Positions 62,129-64,000 of a stretch of 64,000 nucleotides of DNA are shown here, piece by piece. The position numbers were made by a program, and so were the translations under genes. The DNA is taken from assembly GCF_001194135.2 (NCBI RefSeq), contig NC_068990.1, positions 78,363,498 through 78,427,497 on the forward strand, given 5' to 3'. Within the stretch, counting starts at the first letter, position 1. Each line of letters starts with the position of its first letter. The stretch comes from Octopus bimaculoides. Taxonomy: Eukaryota. Below the pieces are notes generated by a model. That model did not search any database and was not told the origin of the DNA. It saw nothing but the letters and a program-made list of their open reading frames with translations.

Positions 62129-63655
62129 TCAGGTTGGAACAAAAGTTTGCACTGTTTTCAGTTGGTGGCATTTAAACATGTGATTTTGTTTCTCACATGA
62201 CAGAAGCATATTGTGCGTGTGTGTGTGTGTATCAAATAATGAAGGTGGTCAGATGCAATTCAAAACCAAAAGGAAATAATTCAATGACACTAAAATGTGA
62301 TGATGGGTGCAGGGAGCAGGAGTGTGGTGAGGAGGTTGTCTCCCCTGTCAGTAAATAGAAAATGTGCTTTTGTAGGTGAAAGAGATCTTTCACTCTTATT
62401 TCTAGCAATGCTGGTGCTCCCTGTACCTTTCGTCACATTTTAGTGATAGAGAATTATTTATATATATATATATATATATATATTCTGCAAGGTGACATAT
62501 CAACACATCTTTCTATATATTTAAGGAGGGGATAGTTTATTCCTACCGTTCTTACATTGAAAAATGAGATACATTTTCATCATTTGATGCTCTTTTTATT
62601 TCCAGAAAGGAAAAACAAACAAATAAGCAAACAAAAAACATTGTACAAACAGCAAAAAGCTATCTACAGTTTATGTATCATAGTATCATAGTTGAGTGAA
62701 CTGTTCATAAGTGATAGGAGTCCAAATTTTGATCTGGAAGACAGTGAACATTTTAACAGGCTTGCAGTCACCAATAATGATCAAATTGAAACATTTAAGA
62801 AAAAATAATCCAGGCTGCAGGACACCAAGACATGACAAAAGTACTCCACAAATCTTTATGAGTGTTATAAAGTATTTAAAACTACTTGGATATCTGAATT
62901 ACTATGATGTTTGAGTGCCTCATAACTAAACAGTAGAACATTTAATGGACTGCATTTCCATTTGCAATTCTCTGCTCAAATGCAGTAAATACAATCCATT
63001 TTTTAAAACAACAATCAAAGGTGATAAAAAAAATGGATTCTTTACAACAATGTGGAGCAATAAACCTCCTGGAGTGAATGAAATCAACCACCTTTAATCA
63101 CTCCATAACCAGTCAGTATCAGAAAAAGGGGATGCTCTCTATTTGGTGAGATTGGAAAGCCATTGTGTGTTATGAGCTCCTACAAAATCAGATGTTGAAT
63201 TCGGACAATTATTGTTCTCAATTAGACAAATTAAAGGTGGCAATCAACGAAAAACATCCAACTGGAAGGGTGTTGTCTTCCTTCAGGACAACACTGGACC
63301 TCATGTTTCCTTGTAGACCTAGCAGAAATTCTTTCAGGTTGGCTGGGATGTCCTACCACACACACAATACTCACCTGACCTTGCACCTCCATCTGAGCAT
63401 TTATTTCAATCCCTACAAAATTCTCTTAATAGGAAGAACTTCAATTTTGGAAGACTGTAGAAACCACTCAGACCAGCTCATCACCCAAAATTTATATCAA
63501 GTTCTGGGAGGATGGGATCATGAAGCTGGTTCAAAGATGGTAAAAGATGGTGGAACAAAATGGGACATATGTGGTTGACTAAGGGCATGCACAAATATTT
63601 AAATATTGTTTTTCAATTTTTTGTCAAAACTGCACAAAATTTTGTTCCAACCAGA
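62129..63655 (+). mobile_element. Second mariner (DD34D) relic with both TIRs and TA TSDs; transposase pseudogenised
   Basis: TIRs tcaggttggaacaaaagtttgcac / gtgc-tgcacaaaattttgttccaaccaga; TA at 62127-28 and 63656-57; HFHHLMLFYFQKGK, DV*VPH, GDKKWILYNN, VVFLQDNTGPH, YSPDLAPPSEHLFQSLQN, VEQNGTYVVD*. Confidence 0.95.
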
Positions 63656-63711
63656 TATATATATATATATATAAACTCAGAGTAACGGTTCTTTATATAT
63701 ATATATATAGG

Positions 63712-64000
63712 AAAGGAGCACTCCGTCGGTTATGATGACGAGGGTTCCAGTTGATCCAATCAACAGAAAAGCTTGCTCATGAAATTAACGTGCAAGTGAC
63801 TGAGCAATCCACAGACACGTGTACCCTTAACGTAGTTCTCGGGGATATTCAGCGTGACACAGAATATGACAAGGCTGGCCCTTTGAAATTCAGGTACTAC
63901 TCATTTTTACTAGCTGAGTGGACTGGAGCAACGTGAAATAAAGTGTCTTGCTCAAGGACACAATGCGCCGCCGGGAACTGAACTCATGACCTTATGATCG
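63712..64000 (-). mobile_element. CORE-type tRNA-derived SINE, head running off the window end
   Basis: Reverse complement reads ggtcatgagttcagttcccggcggcgcattgtgtccttgagcaagacactttatttcacgttgctccagtccactcagctag; CpGs largely retained. Confidence 0.88.

Noticed and set aside
1-64000. CRISPR arrays, rRNA, prokaryotic operons or viral genes
   Set aside because: No regularly spaced direct repeats with unique spacers and no such coding signatures; the window is eukaryotic intron and exon sequence.

Overview
AT-rich, microsatellite-laden animal genomic DNA with six assembly gaps. The repeat content suggests a coleoid cephalopod such as Octopus; this is inference from recalled repeat types, not a database result. 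The whole window lies inside one minus-strand gene, the invertebrate co-orthologue of PTPN3/PTPN4 (PTP-MEG; FERM-PDZ-PTP). Five coding exons with canonical AG/GT sites and matching phases join into one frame: (W)AKIVKISFKRKQFFIQLRREV|NDTVENLIGFNMVSYRSCKNLWKSCVEHHTFFRLHAPNPPSKKIFSLGSKFRY(S)|GKTEYQTLEESKRRAKIERSFS(R)|SPSKRYARRTVGGVTRSTISEERN...WADSNKSEKSD(D)|DGGFLSRGPSTRTAGTYAADQDTVPESLYDLPAYNDGYM. This covers the FERM C-lobe end, the FERM-adjacent region and the linker before the PDZ domain. Introns are 940, 1,105, 27,296 and 24,052 nt; the flanking exons lie outside the window. The introns hold decayed RTE, RTEX-like and CR1/L2-like LINE pieces, several tRNA-derived SINE families with interchangeable tails, two mariner relics with TIRs and TA duplications, three unrelated TTAA-flanked MITEs, a 730-bp foldback and many microsatellites. 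No rRNA, tRNA gene, CRISPR array or intact autonomous element is supported. I found no clear-cut new biological system. The best leads are RNA-structure hypotheses: inverted SINE clusters bracketing phase-matched exons that would back-splice into a stop-free circular ORF, and long intronic hairpins as possible ADAR substrates. Repeat boundaries are approximate (tens of nt); exon, TIR and TSD coordinates were counted directly.
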